From assembly GCA_964057225.1 (NCBI GenBank), contig OZ059897.1, forward strand, positions 14,136,001 to 14,200,000: DNA of 64,000 nucleotides, written 5' to 3'. The DNA comes from Auanema rhodensis. Its lineage: Eukaryota > Animalia > Nematoda. Within the stretch, counting starts at the first letter, position 1, and the number at the start of each line of letters is the position of its first letter. Positions 1 to 14,303 of this stretch are shown one piece after another. Position numbers and translations under genes: made by a program. A model generated the notes under the pieces. It did no database searches. It worked only from the letters and a program-made list of their open reading frames with translations, and had not been told where the DNA came from.

Positions 1-3000
1 TATATTTTTTTCTATTATTTACTGGCAAATATTACAGTTTTTGACCAAAAACTATTTTCTTTTATATTAATTATAAGATGTACAATCGAATTTTCTAAGC
101 TTTAAACAGTTATTATATTGTATTTGGTTTAACTATATATATATTCAAGATTATTGTATTATTTCATATAATTAGTGAAAATCTAATTTAATGACCTGTA
201 TTCAATGTTTTTTTTCATTCCAAATACTTCTCTAATAAATGAGAAAATATGATGTTTAAGTAAGTGTCTGGTGAAAATTATTTCCAAAAATTGATCAATT
301 ACATATGCCTGTCCAATAATTCTGTCACATAAAGTTTTTGAAATGAAATCCATTGATGTCAAAAGAGCAATGACTTTCAAGCTGAATATATTTCACATAA
401 TGTATACTCATGAAGACATGTCTATACGAAATTTTAAATAAATATACATATATAGTTAGTTAGATAGATAGATGAGATCTATATATATATATGTGTGTAT
501 GTATGTATATTTATATCTTTCCTCCCACTCTCTTTTCTCTCTTTTTCGTCTACATTTTAGCTAACAAGCTTTTATTCATTAAATATTTCAAAGAAATCGT
601 CGTTGGATATGATAGACAATGCTGAACTTGTCATAGATGTTATGCCATAGTATTGACTATGACTACTAGCTCAAGTTAATTCACTACTATTTGCTCAAAC
701 TATTTATTATGAACTATTAGGAAATTCCAAATGAGTTGGGCAGTTTTGAGAGAGAAACGCTGGATAAAAGAGCTGATGAATTAAGCAGAGGCAGTGGGAG
801 GCCCCTTCAGACAGAGACACATCGAAAACGAAAAAGAGAGGACGAATCTGAGAGAGGGTGTGATACAGCTTGTTCAATCCTATAAAGTTGGCTATAACTA
901 AAATACAGCAACCTGGTCAGAAAGCCCCTCTTTTATTCAGACTAACTAGATCTCTACTAACAATACTTAAATCTTATTTGATTTTAATATGTAATTATTG
1001 AGACCAAATGTGTACAAAACTTAAAATTATTTCTACGTAACTTAAGTAAATGAACTAGTAATTAACATTATGACTGAATAGATATTAGATAGTAGCAATC
1101 AGACAATATTTTAATCATATTTAACTATACATTTCAAATATATATCTAATATATTAATTATTTCATCATATAATATTTTACTTTAATTGTTATTTTTATC
1201 ATTTCATCTTATTTATGTTAATTTTAGTTATCACGTGAGAATTTTCACGTATGCTACAATACAATTACACATTATTTTGATATATTTATGTTGTTTGAAC
1301 GGTTGCTATTTCTTTTTTATTTCAATTTTTCTATATTATTTTAAAATTAAAATTTTTGAAATATCCGATAAAAAATACGAATTATTAAATAATTTTATTG
1401 AGAAGAAAAACCTTTTTTTTTCACTCTCATCGTTTAATAATAAGAAGTCAAATATGCTAACATATTGTTTTGATGCATTCTTTTAATTCTTTAAAAAACA
1501 AGGAAGAAGAATTATTAACCAATAGATTATGCGCAGAATTTTTTTTTTTTGTTAAAACTTTAAAATTTTTTGAAACTTTTACACGTTTTCTTAAAGCTCT
1601 CCATCAACGCCTTTCGCATCAAACGAGGCTTTCGGCCATCATCTGTTGAAAAGGTTTCAATTTGTCGGGACTTATTCCATTTTCACCACGACATCTCACA
1701 TTGTCTCCATAACTTCATTTAGTTTAACGGAAAAAAAGGAACAATATGTAGATATCTTGTGGTATTCACATGCTAACTTACTTCCTTACAAGCCTATGTA
1801 TACATACGTAGATGTATGAAGTTACTCACTCCAATTTCAGTGATGCTTATGCTATAAGGTACTTATAGGCCAGCTTGCTAGAATTGAGGTAAATAAAATC
1901 CTATATTTTCATCTTTTCTCTTTTTAATTTTCTATATTAAAGTAATTGAGGCCAGGAAAAAAACCGCAGAACAATGGTATAGTATTTCAAGTAAAATTTG
2001 AAAAAAATAAAAAACAAAGTAAGAGCGTATTCATTTTTCTGTTATTTTTCTTTTGATTTGTTTTAGCTATTTTTATAAATAATGTGCAATAAAGATCCAA
2101 TTTTGCGTATGATTCTTATGACCGATCAAACATGAAAAGTGAAAAAAAAATTCAGTTCTTTCAGACTAAATTTGTGTATTTTTGGTTTATGATACGATTG
2201 AGAGTTATTGCTTTTATGTTCTAGATTATATTTTTTTCCCAATTTTCGTTTTGATTTAAAAACAAAGTTTTGAAAATAAATTCAAAAAGAATTTATTGAA
2301 AAAATTTTGATATAAGGTCCAACAAGCTGTTTATTAATCTTTTACAATCTTTTTTACATTTTTTTTCCAAAAAAACTTTAAATACTACCAGGCTGGTTTC
2401 AATTTTGTTTCTAAAAAAGGAATCTTTATCAGAAACAACGAAGCAATTTTTTAGTTTTTTTTTTGTGAAAATCCGAACGTAAAAGATGTTCCAATTTGAC
2501 TGAATCTTCCCGCAGAAATAAATAGTGTCTGCGATGTATTTCCTTTTTTTTTGACTGAGTGTGACATCAAAACGTTTTCTTATTCTAACAAATAGGTTTA
2601 AACAATTTATGCATAAATACATGTATAAAAAGATTTGATTGATGTCCATACTCCTTCGTTTTCTAGTTTTCTTTAAACTTTGTATTAAATCTTACAAACT
2701 TAATTTCAAACTTTTTTTTTGGTAAAAAATAATAAAAAAAAGAATATTTATATTAACTAAACTTTACTTACATGTTATTGTATTTATCATAACTATACAT
2801 GGATCATACTTAACTGATTGTAACCATGGTTATATTATATAAATAGGATTCAAATATATACTTACATATAGTTCATTCAGGTGGAAATATTTGAATATAT
2901 ATTTTAAACATTTTTCGAACTTCATTGAATACTTTATGCGCAATGAGAAACAGTTTTTTAATTAAAAATTCCATATCTTAGTACAAGTGCTGCTGTTTTG

Positions 3001-4620
3001 CTCTAATCCGTCAGTACGATAAGATTTTCGGCCAGGCTACTTCGTGAACTGATTTTACATCTTTATAAAGCTTATTTTGAGCTTTTTTGGAATTTAAATT
3101 TAATTTAAAGCCAATTCTATTATTCCTTCGTAATTGAAAAACAAAAGTAATCTGTTTACTCACCTCTGATTTTTCGTGTTATATCTTGATCATACATCTG
3201 ACTAAAAGTATAACATTAATTTATTTCATATTATTTAAAAATTGTATTGAAAATAGAATAAATTAACTTATTTATCTGTTAAATCTGATTTTTTTTAAAT
3301 TTAACATCATTGCAGAGTATTATTTCCTTTTCCAAATTAAGGTTATATCTGCTGGTAATTTTCAACTTGAATGCTGTTCCTTTTCTCATTTTTCTCATCT
3401 TCTATGAGCTTCCTGTCCTTCTCACACTCTCTTTTTTTCATTCTGCGAGTGGCAATTTGAGTTCAGTTTCAGTCACGTTTCCTTATCCATGTATTCACAT
3501 ATATACACATGTACATGTAAGAATATCTACCAGTTTATATAAATATAATTTAACTTTGTCAGTTTTTTTTGGAAAAAAAGGTATTTACTTTATAAAATCA
3601 GAAATTATTAAAAATTTGGAATAAAAATTTATCAGAAAAGCTTAAAAAATCATCTTAAAACCAGAATATATTAATATATTCATGTATAGATACATATTTA
3701 GATAATGACCCTTATCTCTTTTTAGTTATTTTTTACAAAAATAATAATTATAATTATATTTTATAATTATTACAGACAAATATTATTATTATCTTCCATC
3801 TTTATTCTTAAAATATGAAAAAAAAATCTTCTTCTCATTCTTTCATTTTCTCTTTATTCTTCTTTTTTCTTGATTTTTTATTATTTTAAACTTATTTCTA
3901 TTATTCAGTTTATATAAATATTTATCTTTTTTTTTAAAAATACTTTAACATATTCTTTATTAACTAATAAAGATTATATAAACTTAATTTATTCTTTATA
4001 TATTTTATTATATAATATAATAACATTTTAAATATATAATATGTTGTTTCTTTTTTTTTTGGAAAAAAATAGAATATTGCTATATGTAATTACATATATT
4101 TTTACAAATTTTATGGAATTTTGATTATGGAAACTGAAATATTTTGTTTCAAAAATTAGGAAAGCCTTAATATTCAATTCATAATATTTATTTTTATTTA
4201 TTTTTTGAAGAAAATATATTAATAGAAATTAATTTTTAACGAATGAAAGCACATCTGATATAATCTTAAGATATGCAAACTGATGAGCATGAGATCTCAG
4301 AATATTGTTCTTATATTTCTTTTAACTGTACTTTTTATTTTCAAATTTAATTTATATTTTTAATATTATTTCTTTTTTCTTTTCTAGTTTTTCTTTCTAG
4401 TTTTTTATTATTTTAATAATAATTGAAAATGATGATAAAAGAATGTTTCAATGAAACCGATAAAATCACAAATGTGCAAAGGAAATAGATCTCACGTTGT
4501 TCAAGAACATCATGAAACTTAAATGTGCGTAAGCAATATCTTCTCAAATTTTCAATTGATTCAAGCATTGCCATAACAAAATATTTTTATTTTTTGAATG
4601 AAATGGAACATCCTAGTGAA

Positions 4621-4625
4621 GAGAA

Positions 4626-4668
<43 letters not shown>

Positions 4669-4669
4669 G
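4621..4669. repeat. (GA)n microsatellite, imperfect
   Basis: gagaaagagagagaaagagagagag... run visible directly. Confidence 0.9.
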
Positions 4670-5505
4670 GATATAACTCGTGTTTTAATACCAAACGAAA
4701 CTACTGGACTAAAGTTTTACTTAGTTATTCTTGTTAATATACATATATTGAATACATTGTATAGCATTAATAATATATATATATATAGTATATACAGTTA
4801 TTATTATTTTTTAAATTTATTATTAAATTTAATTTTTGAAAATATTGTTTAAAAAAATTTATTTTTATTTTTCAAAGACTTGAATGAATATTAACTATAA
4901 CTTTTGGTATTGTATTAATTATGTTATTATCATTATCATTATTCATAGGTTTGGCTGAATTTAAAAAAAAGAAAAAAAGAATTCCATATTTGGATGATTG
5001 CAATAACACTCTGAACTTCGAAATCTTCGCCTATTTTCATACAACGACCTTAACAACATTTTAGGTGCAACTTCGTTTTAGTGTGCACTAACTTTGACTT
5101 CGCCTTAAAATTCTCTTTTTATTCAAAAAGATCACCATATCCTATACATATATCTACTTCTTTTTAAAATATTTATATTTATACAAAGAAAATACTTTCA
5201 TGAAAACTCATATATTGGTACGATTATTTCTTTTATGAGAATATGGTTCAAGCAAAAAAAGAAAAAAAGAAAGAAAGAAAGAGAGATAGAGAGAAAGAGA
5301 GAGAGAGCGAGAGCGAGAAATAAATAAAGAAAGAAATAAGAAAACGAGGAAGAAGTAGTTTTTCATTTATTTGTGTTGTTTAGCAATCCCACTTCGGCAT
5401 TTTCGGGAATGGAAGTTTTGCATCTCAACCAATACCTATCAATATCTTTTTTGACAACAAAAATAGATTAGTTACTTATCAGAATATGTTTAAATAACCA
5501 CAATG

Positions 5506-5575
5506 TAACTATATAACTATATATATATATATAACTAACTATATATATATATATAACTAACTATATATATATATA
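5506..5575. repeat. Compound minisatellite, TAAC(TAAC)(TA)n units
   Basis: taactatatatatatatataactaactatatatatatatataactaactatata...; about 22-nt unit repeated 2-3 times. Confidence 0.8.
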
Positions 5576-8500
5576 TTAATAATTATAAAATAATAAATGA
5601 AAAGAATAACAAAGATTACAAATATTTTAAACATCTTCATTCATATCTCATCTTTAAAACTTTCACTTTTTCCTTAACTTCTTATCATTATCTACATCCA
5701 CCATCTTTCTCTTCACAACAACGCATATCTATGAATTTTCCAATATCTTAACAGATGGATTGTAACAAAAAGACATAGAGAGCTCATTCATATTATACTC
5801 ATCAAGCTTGAATGCAACTTAATATCTTAGCTTTGCTTCTTTTTTTTTAATAGTCGTTTCTATCGAAAGTTATGACTTTATTTTTTGGTTTGAAAATGAA
5901 TTTCTGTTATTCAAGTTCAATCATAATAGCAGCTTTACGAAATGTTTACATCACTTGCATTAAGCTTTTAGACTATGCTCTACCACCTTTTCTCATATTA
6001 TCATACATTTTCTAGTTTATAACCATCTATATTAATTGTTTATTCATGATGTTACTTGTTCAAATATAACTATTCTCTATTAATTTCTTTTATTTTATAT
6101 TAAAACTCTTGAAATAATAAGTAAAACGGAAGTTAAATTATAGTTATTCTCCATATTTTTATCTTTTCAATTAGACTATTTCATTATATTTTTACTTAGT
6201 TCCTTATTATCTAATTGTAAAATTTTATTTATTGCAACTTTTTTCAATCATAACAGTTTGTGAATATTAACTAAATCTAAACAAGATATGTTAATATTTT
6301 ACTTTTTCCCATAAAAAATATTTTTATTTCAAAGATTAAAATGAAAAATAAGATATTTTAATATATTTTATTATTATTTTTAAAATATTAATTATATTGA
6401 ATGTTCTTTGACTATATAAAATTTCAACTTTCATAGCTTTTCTTTATACTTCATTTTCACAACAGCTTTGATGACATTCGGAAATTACATTCAACATCTC
6501 TTAGTTCTCATTCTATTCTCTATTCCTTTACTATCTTTCTGTCTCTATTTCTGTTTCCCATTGTTGCAAATCTTCTTTCTCTCTATCTCTTCTTATCGCT
6601 TAACTACTCCTTTTTCTATATTAAGATCTACAACATTGAGCAGCAGTAGCAACTTAAAAAACTTTAATACGATGTACTATCGTTTAAGGAATGTTAGAAA
6701 AACCTTTTTACAATGTTCTTGAAACTCAAGTGCAAGCAAATTTTCTAAATATTTATGGGACAACAAGCCAATTGCATGCTGTTTTCCCTGCAAAATCCGT
6801 TTACTCTATCTCTCATATCATTGTTCTCTACTCGTTTACTCTGACTACTCTTACCTATTTCCATCTAAGCTATCATTTGCATTCACTTTTTAATGTGAGA
6901 ACAGCTTTTTACCATATTTCCAAGAATAATTTTACAGATTTTCAATTAAAATTTGTATAATTTGATGTTTAATTATTATATAAGAAAGAGCAATTTTTTT
7001 GCAATTTTATCTGTTTTAGAATGCTTTGTACATTTCCTTTTTTAATTTTATTTGTTTTCTTAATTTGTATACTTTCAAAATACATGAGATGCTTATTCAA
7101 TTTCTACAAAAAGCAAATAAATCTAACAAATTCCTGTTGAACAATGTTCTTTTATGGAAAAGGAGTTCGAAATTTAAGAATAGCAAGAGAAGTAGAAGGA
7201 ACCTTTTCTCTTTGTTTCCATCTTTTTTGTATATTACATGTAACATTCTGCATATATCAATTCAGTGAATGATATAACTTTATCAAAACTTTAATATTTT
7301 ATTTTTAAAACTTAATAATAATCTAATTATCATATATATATATACATAATAGTATTTATATTAACTAAACTATATTTAATATAATTTATCATCATTTATT
7401 ATAATATTTATTGAATAATTTATTATGAAAATTTGAGAATTATTACTTTTTGTACTTCTTTTCTTTTTTGATCTTTTGAACTAGTTTTCTTAAATAATTA
7501 CAATGAACCATAGTTGTAATGATCTATTGAAATAGAATATATTTCTTCTTCTTTTAAAGTTTTTTTATGTTTAACTTACTATATAATTCTATAAAGAATA
7601 AAGAAATTCTTGATTGAAAAGGTTATAAGAAGTATTTGACTTGAAACTTCTATTGTCTTACAACAAAGTTCTAATGAATCATTCAAATAGACTTTGAAGG
7701 TTAAAGCAGACTTCCAATCTCAGTATATCCGTGTACTTCCTTTAGATTCTGTTACATCAAAGCCTCGTTGCACCTTCTGATACTCTCAACATATACAAAA
7801 CAAGATTAATTCATTATTATAATAACTGAAAGCAAAAAACAAAATCATATTTCAAGCTCAAAAGTAATATTAGCATTACAATGAGAAATTGAATGAGTAA
7901 AATCTAAGAATCTGAAGAAATTTCACATTCTTTTTATCGCTTATGCACTCATTGATTCTTTTTTTTCTCTCCCTTGTTTATTGTATTCTTCGTTTACACC
8001 CTCTAATTATACATATTTAATCCTGTCTTGTGAAGAAGTCTGCACCAGCTTCATTGCCTTTGCATCTTTCGTTTTTGGAGCTTTCATACTTGAATAAAGA
8101 TTATGAAACAACGAAAGCTGGAAGATGGATGAGAGAAAGAGATGGACGGCAGATGAAGAAAATGATCGTTCCGCAGATGAACACGTCTACAGCTTATGAG
8201 TAGTTCACGTCAGTTCCTTGTTCACTCATCATCTTCTTCCTCATTCTCATCATCATCATCATCAGCTGCCGCAGAAGAATAAGCGAAACTGAATTTGCTT
8301 CATCATCATTACGTCAGCCAAGTTGAGATTTATTATTTTGTGGTCTTCATTGAATCAAATCATTCTACTATAATTATTTTTAAATAACACATATTAGTTT
8401 TAAATATATACTTAAAGTATTCTAAAATATCTATGATAAACAAATGATTTAGTGACCTTTTCATGATATTATACTCTTTGATTTTCAATTTACTTCGTTT

Positions 8501-11500
8501 TCATGCGTACTTTTGCTTGTTTCTTTCACACTGCACTTGTTTTTTTGTTTTTTCGTTTTTTCTTCTCTCATTCACTCTTGACATTGAGCAAGAAATTCAT
8601 ACTGAAAAGTTCAATATCTCATCACAAATTCATTGCACTAAGTAATTTCATGAAACTAGACCAACTGACAGCTAAGCTTAAACTAAAGAATATGATCAAA
8701 ATCATAATACAAGACGAACTACCTCTTGTGATTTATTTATTATTGTTATAGGTATTATACTGACAAATCTTATAATTATTCTAATAAATTCTGCTGAATT
8801 ATTCCTCTATTTTTAAATATAATATGATATTTGCACCTCTCCACCCACAACGCTCACATGTTGAATCAGCCTGAGTTATTAGTCAAGTGTGATATTTAAA
8901 GAATGATGTGTGAAATTTTCATTAGTTATCATAATTATTTTCTTATTCCATATCATTTTCTTTTATAAATAGCATTTATTTATTATTAATTATAATATAT
9001 TTAATCATTATCTTATAATCTTAATAAGTTTAAAATATTTGAAAGTAATTAAACATAACATACATGTGTAAGTATGTATGTATGTTCTTACATCATCTCT
9101 CTTTTCATTTAGTTAAAGTAATTGATATCTTATTCTTTTTGTTTTCTGAAATAAATACTGAGAGAGAAAATGAGTAAGTAATAGGTTCAAATAGAATATG
9201 AGAACAGACACAAAAATATTGAAAAAGAATTTAAAAAGATTAAAAGAAACGAAATAGGAGTGCAAGTGAAAAAGAAGCAAACGAGAAAAAATGTGTAGAA
9301 ACTAAGAACGATGAGAGAAATAATGAGACAAATTCCTGGACTTTGCTTCCATGTCAACATATTCCATAGTCCAAGTAAGCTCGTTTATAATTCACAAGAA
9401 ATAGTCAATTGATGGTTGTTCGTCTTAGTTTTTCAAAGAGATACTCCTTCTATCTCCTTTTCCCCCACTCTTCTGATCATAACCCTACTTACTATAACAT
9501 CTCATGCGATTTTTTTATATTTTTATCAATTATTATATATATCTATATGTATCTATATATTTAAAAAAAGCTTTGAAATAATTATTTATCAAAGAAAAAT
9601 ATTATAACCAATAGTAGGATTTATCCATTCTTTTCTTTTCAAAAGATAGAGAGAAAAGGAGAGAGAGAATAAAATAGAAAAAAAAAGAAAGAGAAAAAGA
9701 GAAACAATATATGAAAAACTTAAACATTCTATCATATTTTTTGTTATTTTTCTTTCAATAATAATATCTTTTTTATCCTGTTATGTTATAATGTTTATTT
9801 TGAAACATACAAATCACAATTTGTTTTCTTTTATTTTCGATTAATAAGTATATTAATTTCATTTTTTTTAATAACTTTATATTATTTATAATTTCAAAAG
9901 AACAAAATTATTATATACACTATATATATATAATATAAAAATATATTTTATGTATATTATATGAATTTTTTATATTTTTTCTTACAATTTGAGTAGATAT
10001 TCTAAAACAAAAGTTTTTAATTATTATATTGTAACTATAAAGAACTTTTACAATAAAAAATACATTTGAAAAATTTGTTCTTTTGCAAATTTATATTCTT
10101 TTTGGACTCTTTTTTGACACTTCTTTAACTTTCTTTGAACTTTCTCTCTATGCTTCAAGTATTATTACATTACTAACCAAAACCAAATTCTTTAATATTT
10201 TGTACTAGCTCCTTGCGGTTTTTACGTAATATTATCCAACCAAACTTGAAATCGGATATGAGTGGCAAAAATTTTCTTAACTTATGTGTTTAGTTATTCA
10301 TTTTGAAAAAATATATCCGAGAATGACATGACGGTGAACTGTTCTATGTGCGTTGGTTCAAGCTTATGTTGTTGTGAATCGAAGAGATGCAGAAGAAAGA
10401 GTAGAAGGAGGAGGAAAAAAAAGGATGGAAGATGGTGATGTAGAAAGAGATACACGTTGTATATTCAGAAATGGAAGCTATATATATTATATAAATATAA
10501 ATATAATACAAGAAAGGCTTTCCCTTCTAGTTATTCCTTGAATATTCCTTATATTATTTATAAAAATTCTTATTAGTAAATACATGCAATACCAATCTTT
10601 TTGATACTAATTTATTAAATATTCAGAATATCTTGCATCTTATTTCCAAGTAAAATCATTTAAGGTTTTTAGCCAATGATCTTTATATGTTTTTACAAAG
10701 TTGTATTAGATGACTAAGGTTTTTGAATTTATTTTTTTACGTTTTTACTTACTATTATGTATTTAATTACTAAAATTATTATATATTTCCTTTTCATTTT
10801 ATATAATTTAGATAATATTTTATAAAAAAAAAAAGTTTTCTGATACTTTATTCAGATCATTTGAATAAGTGAATACAAAGTTGCAAATCCAAAATATATT
10901 CATTTTCTATTTCATATTCTATATGATTGTTTGAATTGGAAAAATAATAAGTAGAATAACGAATCAGATTTGAACCTTCTAATGTTCATAATCATATTAC
11001 AAACTTTATTAATCATTCAATTTATCTTGTGAATAATATATTTTTATTTCATAAAATAGTTATTAATATGATGTATATATTTATAAATAGTTAAATATAA
11101 TATTATTTATTTCCTTGATTACTATTCAAGCTTTTTAAAAAAAAAAGAAAACTTAACCTTCTTTTAACTGATTTTTTAGTGAAATATCACATGTTTTATA
11201 TTCTTTTTTATGTTTATTTTGTATTTCTTCCTTGTATTTTTCTATATTTTTTCATTTAAAATTAAATTTATTTGAATTCTAACTCACTTTCTCGAAAAAA
11301 ACCTTCCTATCAATTCAACAACTCATCGATGAACTTCTATACTAAATTATAAAAAAACAGCAATTGTGTTGATCAAGTCAAACACATACATATGATTATA
11401 ATCGTTTTCTTTTCTTTATTTTTAATTTAAAAAAAAATAAAAATTCTGTTAAATAGTAGAGAATAATATTATTATTACACTAATCCATATAGTACATACA

Positions 11501-11620
11501 GATTATTATTTCAATTTTTATAGTAAAAGTTTAAAATTTTTCTTTTTATGTTTATATATGTCTTTGTACTTTTCACTTTTTAAACTTATAATTCTTCTGT
11601 CTATTTTATTTCTTTTTAGA

Positions 11621-12750
11621 ATGGAATGCAATGATTCACAGATTTTCAACTTAGAAAATAATTTCACAGTCGCTGTTCTTAATACATTATGGGAATTTAA
11701 AAAGTTAGTTTATTTATTAAATTATATAAAATTTAATATTATTATCATTATTATAAATAAATTATATTTAAAAATAAACAATTGATTTCAAATGAAATGC
11801 TATGTACTATGTAAAACTAGCTGTTTTTTTATTTTATAATTAAGTTTTTCAATAACTTTCTCATCTTGAAGAATTAAATTTTACTTTTTACAAAATATTT
11901 TCAGTGCTTATTCACCGTTTCATCGTTATATTGCCGTTTTGCTATGTGTTTGTGGACTTTTTGCAAATTCGATTCATATCTGGGTTCTAACAAGACCTCG
12001 AATGAGGACATCTTCTGTACATACTGTTTTAACATGTATTGCTATTTCTGATATGGGAACAATGACATCATATTTGGTATATATATTCTTTATATTTTAT
12101 AATAAAAATTAAATATTATTATAGATATATATGCCACGTTTTGAATTTTTACAAGATCATACAGGTTATCAGTATGGCTGGGCTTTATTTTTAAAAGTTT
12201 GTTATAATTTTAATTTTTTCTTTAATTCTTATTTAATTAATTGTTAATTTTAAAAATTATTTTATCGTTTATCTTATTTATTTTATAGATAATTTATCTA
12301 AAATTACAGGTACATGTTGTATTAAGTATAGCTCTACATGCAATAACTCTTTACTTGGTCGTCTTGATGGCTTTTATTAGATATTCTGTAATGAAAGTAT
12401 CTACTTCACAATGGCTTCAAACTGGAAGAACATTGTAAGTTCTAGTCTCTCATCTGATGATGGTCTTACAAGATTTGTACGTCCGAAGCACTCATAGGAA
12501 TCATGCCCTCTATAAAATTGAATTTCTTTATCAAAAGCTCTTCAATTTTTGCATTTTAAGAGGGAAAGGAAAAAATGTTTTCAAAAATTATAAATTTTCT
12601 AGAAAAATTTATTTCAGTTATATAGTTAATGGTAAAATATGCAATATAAATAGTTTTCAGTCAAAAAAAAGAAAAAGTTCACATGAGATTAAGAAAAGTC
12701 TAATTTTTTCTTCAAAAAGAGGTCAATGAAAAGATATATCAAAGGAAGTA

Positions 12751-12810
<60 letters not shown>

Positions 12811-14303
12811 AGGGAGATATTGAGAAAGAGGCAGATAGAGAGAGGGATATAGATAGAGAGAATATCCATAGAATTCATTACCCAAATGAAAAACTGTTTT
12901 GTAAGACATATTGCGTGAGCATACATTCTTATTTCTGTCCTATTTAACATAATTATTCTTAAGAATGTCTAAAAGATTCGTAAATAATTGTTTCTACTTA
13001 TGAAACTATTTATTCAAAATCTAATTAATCTTTTTTAAAATTAAAGTTATAGATAAGAATTCTTTATAGAGTTGCTGCAATAGGAATTGTCTTCAGTGTT
13101 TTTATGCTTAGTGTTCCAACTTTATTGGCTCATCAAATCAATGTGCATCGTTATTTGGACGAAGCTGGAAAAGTTGTGGTCAAATATAGGTAATACTAAT
13201 ATATTTCTTTAACATAATCTTAAATATTTAAATATATTTAACATTTTTTATTAAAAATCTAAATAACTCTATGAAAGAAAATATTTATTTTTATGATATA
13301 AAATTAACTACGATTAACATTATATTAGTAATTTAAAAGATTTTATCAATTTAAATTTTAATATTAAATCAATATTTTTAAATATTAATTTATAAAATGT
13401 ATTGTTAGTTTTTTGTTTTTTGTTTCTTATAAATCTCTTTTTAGCATTGGATTCTCAGATATGATGATGTCTGATGGATGTTTCTTTATGAAAGCAAACT
13501 TATGGCTTACAGGAATTTTCCTAAAGGTAAACTATAAAAAAGTTTTTAAGTTTTAAAAATTAAAATTAACTTTTAAGGCTATTCCATGTTTTCTTCTAAT
13601 ATGGTTTACTATAGCATTGATAGTTCGTCTTCGAGCGAATAATGAGAAACGTAAGCAATTGCTAAGAATGAAAGAGGACAAACACAAAAGAAAAGGAGAT
13701 GTAACCACATATATGTAAGATTAATTTCTCATTCTCATTTAATCTCCTGTATTCTTTAAATTATAGGCTGCTATTCATGGTTTCTGTGTTTCTGATAACT
13801 GAACTACCACAAGGAGTAATGGCTATACTAAATGGTAAAAACTAAAGTTTACAATTAAACATATTATAATTTGTTTTTTTAGCTTTATATACATCACAAT
13901 TTCATCAATTTGTTTATTTGGCATTAGCTGATATATTGGATTTACTATCATTAATCAATTGTTATGTAGCTTTCCTCGTATACATTTGTACATGCTCAAG
14001 ATATCGACAAACTCTATTATCAATTCTTGTTAATGTTCCGTAAGTTATTTATTATTATTTTTTTGTTTAATAGCAAAAATGAACTGACAGAATAAGGATT
14101 TATTATCTTCAATATTTATTATTAATATTCAATAATACTATTGCAGAGAAGTCTTTTCCGCTATTTCTACTCGTCAGAATACTATGAAACGAACTCAGCC
14201 AAAAACTCGTCGAGAAACATTGATAGACACGGGAAAAGGAAAACTAACATCTGCTAATCATCAGACATCTCCGTTAATCAGCAAAACTGACATCACACTT
14301 TGA
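11621..14303 (+). CDS. Multi-exon neuropeptide GPCR, DMSR (myosuppressin receptor-related)/Srw family
   Basis: Exons spliced by eye give MECNDSQIFNLENNF...AYSPFHRYIAVLLCVCGLFANSIHIWVLTRPRMRTSSVHTVLTCIAISDMGTMTSYL...VHVVLSIALHAITLYLVVLMAFIRY...KAIPCFLLIWFTIALIVRL...FLITELPQG...DILDLLSLINCYVAFLVYICTCSRYRQTL, ending at TGA 14301-14303. ATG follows a ttttag acceptor. Confidence 0.88.
12755..12808. repeat. (AG)27 perfect microsatellite in GPCR intron
   Basis: Uninterrupted AG run. Confidence 0.95.

Noticed and set aside
1590-1720. GC-richer patch resembling a transposon relic
   Set aside because: No second copy, terminal repeat or protein motif in the window to support a call
9336-9390. Weak hairpin and a TAAGCTCGTTT miRNA-like 11-mer
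   Set aside because: Pairing is too poor for a pre-miRNA and the 11-mer lies outside the stem
183-11500. Many 60-118 aa ORFs in the first 11 kb
   Set aside because: F/L/I/K-rich products expected from AT-rich and microsatellite DNA, with no coherent exon chain or motif
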